From Amoebophrya sp. A120 (taxonomy: Eukaryota; Protista; Dinoflagellata), in assembly GCA_905178155.1 (NCBI GenBank), contig CAJINV010000002.1, positions 1,215,809 to 1,279,808 of the forward strand: 64,000 nucleotides of DNA, read 5' to 3'. This document shows positions 59,701 through 64,000 of the stretch, piece by piece (within the stretch, counting starts at the first letter, position 1; each line of letters begins with the position of its first letter). The notes under the pieces were generated by a model that ran no database searches, was not told the DNA's origin, and saw only the letters and a list, made by a program, of their open reading frames with translations. A program made the translations under genes and the position numbers.

Positions 59701-60633
59701 AAAAACGGGGGTGGATTCATCTTTTTTCACCTTGGTCAGGGGACTGGTCTGCTGTGTCTGTAGTTTGTTGTTTTCTTTAACGAATTTGTTGTTGACACGA
59801 TGTTCCTCCTCCTTCACGACTTTGTTCACATGTTTCACGACTTTGCTCAGCATTTTCTCCCAGGCGTCGTGATTCCACGTCCACTCCCGACCGCCCTTCC
59901 GGGGATCATAGTACCAGTGCCAAGCATCGCGATCCTCGACAAAGTCTTCCTGTTTCACGTCGGGAACCAGGTCGGGAAAGGGATAAACGCCGCGATTATA
60001 AGCGGAAAGTCCGCCGACAATCACGGTCCCGGGTTGGAAACGGGGCTTGCCTTTCACGATGCCGCTCAGCATTTCTTCCCACACTTGGCGGTCAAACGTC
60101 CATGCCCGCGACTCGCGTATATTTTCCCGTTTAACATCTTCGAGGTAGTACCAGTGCGAAACACCGTCACGGCGAGTTATTTCCGTGACCGCGTCTGCTC
60201 CTCGGTCCACTGAAGTAGTTGTAGTGCTACAGCCCGGCTTATGCTTTTCGAGTTTCCCGACAAGGTCCAAAAACTTTTCTTTTTCTCCGGTGGTCTCCCA
60301 CGCACCTGGGTCGGTTTTGAACAACCTCTTCGCCTTCTCGTAGGTGGGGGCGTTTTCGGGCCAAAGCGCAATAGCTTGGTCGTACAAACCCACAATGCCG
60401 GGGCTCCGGGGAAAAACGGGAGCGGATTCATCTTTTTCCACCTTGTTCGCGGTCTGCTCGGCGGAACTTTTACGACGAGCCCCGTCAACATCGCCAATGT
60501 TGAGGTTCGTTCCGAGGAGGAGCTGCTCCGCGTGGACGCCACAGGTGACATTTCCGAGGGAAGTTGTGCAAAGAAGAAGAGACACGGCGCAACTTCCGCT
60601 CGAGAGCACAATTTTCTTGGTCGTGCCAAACAT
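56778..60633 (-). CDS. Predicted secreted Trp-rich protein with an internal ~240-aa duplication; introners only in the second copy and tail
   Basis: Signal-like MFGTTKKIVLSSGSCAVSLLLC. Two copies of PVFPRSPGIVGLYDQAIALWPENAPTYEKAK...DGVSHWY...KGKP.F.PG.VIVGGLSA...EDRDAWHWYYD. Spliced end EIPEQxALGRAVPP*. Confidence 0.75.
56810..57783. mobile_element. Introner, family A, expanded to 974 bp by a nested insertion
   Basis: Eroded A TIRs; DR atctt/acctt. Confidence 0.8.
57032..57741. repeat. Nested direct repeats X-Y...Y-X
   Basis: X (~79 bp) at ~57032-57110 and ~57663-57741; Y (~63 bp) at ~57116-57178 and ~57602-57664. Confidence 0.85.
57874..58151. mobile_element. Introner, family C
   Basis: TIRs; DR tcaag; inverted relative of 16384-16662. 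Confidence 0.9.
58217..58594. mobile_element. Old family-B introner hosting a younger B element
   Basis: Eroded TIRs; DR tccct/tccat; removal restores EWEW-TWNHEAWEK. Confidence 0.8.
58398..58552. mobile_element. Family-B introner nested in another introner
   Basis: Intact TIRs; DR ccact. Confidence 0.88.
58773..59094. mobile_element. Introner, family I
   Basis: TIRs; DR attcg. Confidence 0.9.
59168..59382. mobile_element. Introner, family D
   Basis: Perfect ~27-bp TIRs; DR cgaga. Confidence 0.93.
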
Positions 60634-62276
60634 TGTCACTTTCAGTATAGTTTTACGTAGAAAACAGTCTTTTTTCGATCAGAAGAACAAGAGGAGGCAG
60701 AGGCACAAGATGAATTTATTGGGTGTGGAAGGACGAGGTAAAACAAGATGAAGATACTACTGCTAGCACTTTGACGCAATACTTCTGTAGCGCCGGGGAA
60801 GATTTTTGAGTTCAATATCTTACGCAAGAGGGCCGACTTTAGTTTTCTTGCAAAAGAAGGGAAGAACTCAGAAAAGTGATTTTTTATATGTAAAGTAGTC
60901 GCTTGCAAGCTTTTCAGAATTTTGGTTTTGTCTGCGGTCAAAAGCTTTGGATCATTTGCTGGCGCTGTGCAAGAGCAAAACGCTCACTATGGTTCAAGAC
61001 TTCAAGGTTGATTTTTTGGTTCAAAATACTCAAGGTTGGTTTTTTGGTTCAAGACTTGTTTGACTATTGTGAGAGGTTAATCACTAGGATAATCAGGGGC
61101 CTGGTGTTGGTGTTTTTGGTGGAGGAAGTGTAAGAAGTAGTGTCGTTTTGTTATGAACAAGTACAAGATCGCGATGCTTTGTCAAAATATGTAATTCATT
61201 TTTATTATCCTGCTTCGTTCGATCTCATCATCATGATTTAGATTTACCAAGATGAACTTTATTTGCTGGCTACCGACTTTTAGTCCGTTCTTTGGAGGTC
61301 GTGCGTCACCGACATCAGGTAATTGTAACTCAAACTATGATCCGACACATGCATCGATGCTCAGATCCACCTGAGGGTGAGGGACGAAAAGAGCTGTGTG
61401 TTGATCTAGCAAACGCATATAGAGAACCAGCAGGAGGAAAGCGAAAAAAGATGTTGACCTTCGGTCTTCGGAGAGCAAGAACGAACACCGTTCCCGCTCG
61501 CGACCGCCCCATCCAATTTTTATATGATCGCGAAGTTGTAGCTTCCAATGAGGTCCTCTTTCAATCATACAAGCAAGAAAAATTATTCTCACACGACCTT
61601 CATCTGCTTGTTTCTTTTTTTCGTCCAAAATTCCGCATTTTTTTTTCCGGAAGTAAAAATACAACCGGCTTTATAAGTGCGGGGCAAACATGATTTCGAT
61701 CATGCTCATGGTCAACAAACGTAGCGCCCTCTGCGATCACTTCTTTGTGTCACAAACAAAACACCAGCGCGTGAAGAAGGAGACTTCATCTCCTTGAAGG
61801 AGATTTCATCTCCTTTGACAAATGTAACATCAAAGCCGTGCTAGTACCCTTGTCGACAATAGATTCTATGTTACACATGCAAATACATGTTGGGCATAGA
61901 GATAAACCTTGAAGAGCCTCTTTGTCCTTATCCAGGCCTGCCGCGCTCCCGAGACAAGGAAGCCATCAAGTCTTTTGATTTCTTTTGTTTTTGCGTACCA
62001 TAATCTAGTATCGCCCCGCGAAGTCAGGGTTGATTCAGGATAGCTGTGTCAAGCTGACGGGAGAGAGCGGAAGATTGATTCATATAGTTAGAAGAATGGA
62101 AAATTTATCATCTTCATGATGCGAGCCGTCTAGCACGAATCGGAATAAACAACAAGTTGAAATCCAAATCCGCCAATACAGCAGAAGATAAATAAAGCGA
62201 CCATGGATCGCGGCGCTGCTTCTGTACCTTCCCCTTTCAATCATCCAGAGAAGCTCGCTTGAGCTTAGGGGGAAAT

Positions 62277-63710
62277 CTACAATAGTTCGGCGTTAATTTC
62301 ACCAAGCTTTTTTTGCAGCGTATTCGCAATCCTGGCCTCCTCGGCTTCAGCTGTGGCGTGAATTGTGGCTTGCGCGGTTTGAAGATCTGCCTGAATCGTG
62401 GCAAGCTCGGTCTTATCAAATGTAAAAGTGTCTGGGTCTGGAAGGTCGTTGGAGCTTGTGATGCTAACTCTGGACTCTAAAAAAATCTGTATTGCATGAT
62501 GATCAGCAAGAAGAGCCTAGTTTGTGCAGCTAAGGGGGGAGGGCATTTGTCATGCGGATTGGGCATCAGGCAGCCCTGTAAAAATGAAAATCTGCGAAGA
62601 TGCTAAGTCATGCATTGCAGACATCCTGGGCACACATGCAAAACAAGCATGATAAGCCTGGCAAAATTCCAGACCCAGACATTTTTGCATTTGATAGGTC
62701 TCAAGCTCGGCGTCAATCTTGGCAATCTCCGTGCGTAGCGTACGGTCAATACTGGGAAGCTCCGCCCTCAGCCGAGTGTCGATCTCGGCAAGCTCGGCTC
62801 GAAGTCCTTCATCCTCGCACGCTTCCGAGCTCGGTTTGACCGGGTTATCAACTGTAAAAATGTCTGGGTCTGGAAGAATGCAACTTGTCATGCTAAATCT
62901 GAATCATGTAAAAATCTGTGTTGCATGATTACCAAAAGCTGTCCACTTTTGACCTAGTCGAGAGGCAGTTTCTCATGCAGGATAGGCATGATAGAACTCT
63001 CACAGAATCTGTCATGCTCTGTCCTACATGCCAGACCTCATTGGTCATGTAAAATCTGCATGACAAGTCTGGCATTCTTCCAGACCCAGACATTTTTACA
63101 GTTGATACGGGTTCCTCCCCAACAATTCCGCGATCGCATCGTTGCCCTGGGTTTGACACAGTTCCTCAGTCCACCTCATCAGCTTCCGATGCCGTTCCAC
63201 TGGAGTCGCGTTCATGATCTCGTCCCGCGCAGATACGCGTTGCTGCGCGGACTGCCTCTCCTTAGCGGCTCTTTTCTCGGCGTCATGTTTGTCCGAATCG
63301 GCTTGTTTCTTGGCGTCGCGCTTGTCCGAATCGGCTTGTTTCTTGGCGTCGCGCTCGGCCGACGCGGCTGTCTTCTCGGCATCACTCAGGCCTTTCTTCA
63401 AATCCTTCAGACGCTCTTGCTCGGCTGCCTTCGCTAATTTTTCGGCCTCCTTGACAGCATCCAAGCGTTCTTTTTCGGCCGCCTTCGCCGTTTTTTCGGC
63501 CTCCTTGACAGCATTCAAGCGTTCTTTTTCGGCCTCTCTCGCGGCCCTACTGGCCTGTCTCGCGGCTTCGCCACGATCGGCCGTGAACTGCAGTGCATGA
63601 ACCACGCCTGGCGCAGTTGCCGCGAGGGAACTAAACAGGACACTAATGCACGCCGCACCTGCGGTCAGAGACATTTTCATGGTCGTGGATCCGATTTTCA
63701 TCTTTTCCAC
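62277..63710 (-). CDS. Predicted secreted coiled-coil protein with short internal repeats; two introner introns
   Basis: Signal-like N-terminus; AAEKERL.AVKEAEK repeats; splicing gives GRNP-VKPSSE...AELET-ELATIQADLQ...EINAELL*. Confidence 0.8.
62414..62696. mobile_element. Introner, family A
   Basis: TIRs; DR ggtct. Confidence 0.9.
62846..63107. mobile_element. Introner, family A
   Basis: Perfect ~35-bp TIRs; DR cgggt. Confidence 0.93.
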
Positions 63711-63962
63711 TCGTTTTCAAACGAAACACAAATAAGTATGTTGCAATGTAAAATCAATATCAAAACACAAATAATAAATATAGAAAAATTCTTAGTTCTG
63801 CTTGGGAAAGTCGAAGTCGAAGTTTGTTTTTCTTTTTGTACACCAGCTGTAGTTCGCTAGAACTCTTTTAGTTCTTCGCTGTAAAAAAACTTTAAAAATC
63901 CACTTCTGTCGTCACGATGATGAAGGAAAATTCAGTTCCAGAAGATCCAGTTGCCAAAAAAC

Positions 63963-64000
63963 TATCCTATGTAAAAACGTCCCCACCCCATAGCTGTTAT
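63963..64000. mobile_element. Introner, family C, truncated by window end
   Basis: tatcctatgtaaaaacgtccccacccca. Confidence 0.75.

Overview
Eukaryotic genomic DNA. Every credible gene is on the minus strand. About 65 short elements (mostly 150-370 bp) interrupt the coding exons. Each starts with TAT, ends with ATA, has family-specific terminal inverted repeats (at least 9 families, A-I) and is flanked by a 5-bp direct repeat. Removing an element plus one direct-repeat copy restored the reading frame wherever I tested it: a Mpv17/PMP22 motif, an internal protein repeat and a coiled-coil gene. They therefore behave as transposon-derived introns (introners), and by hand count only about 4 can be read as GT-AG. 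This resembles the non-canonical introner elements known from the parasitic dinoflagellate Amoebophrya, though the organism is my inference. Further observations: (1) the same element occurs in both orientations within genes; (2) all families share a repeated GCATNACAA motif; (3) exon and element lengths look quantised; (4) one introner is nested inside another; (5) Helitron-like, SINE-like and direct-repeat inserts sit inside introners. Recognisable genes are a nucleolin/NSR1-like 2-RRM protein, two Mpv17/PMP22 paralogs, a retropepsin-like protease and a large helical-repeat protein. All coordinates were read by hand and may be off by 1-2 bp.
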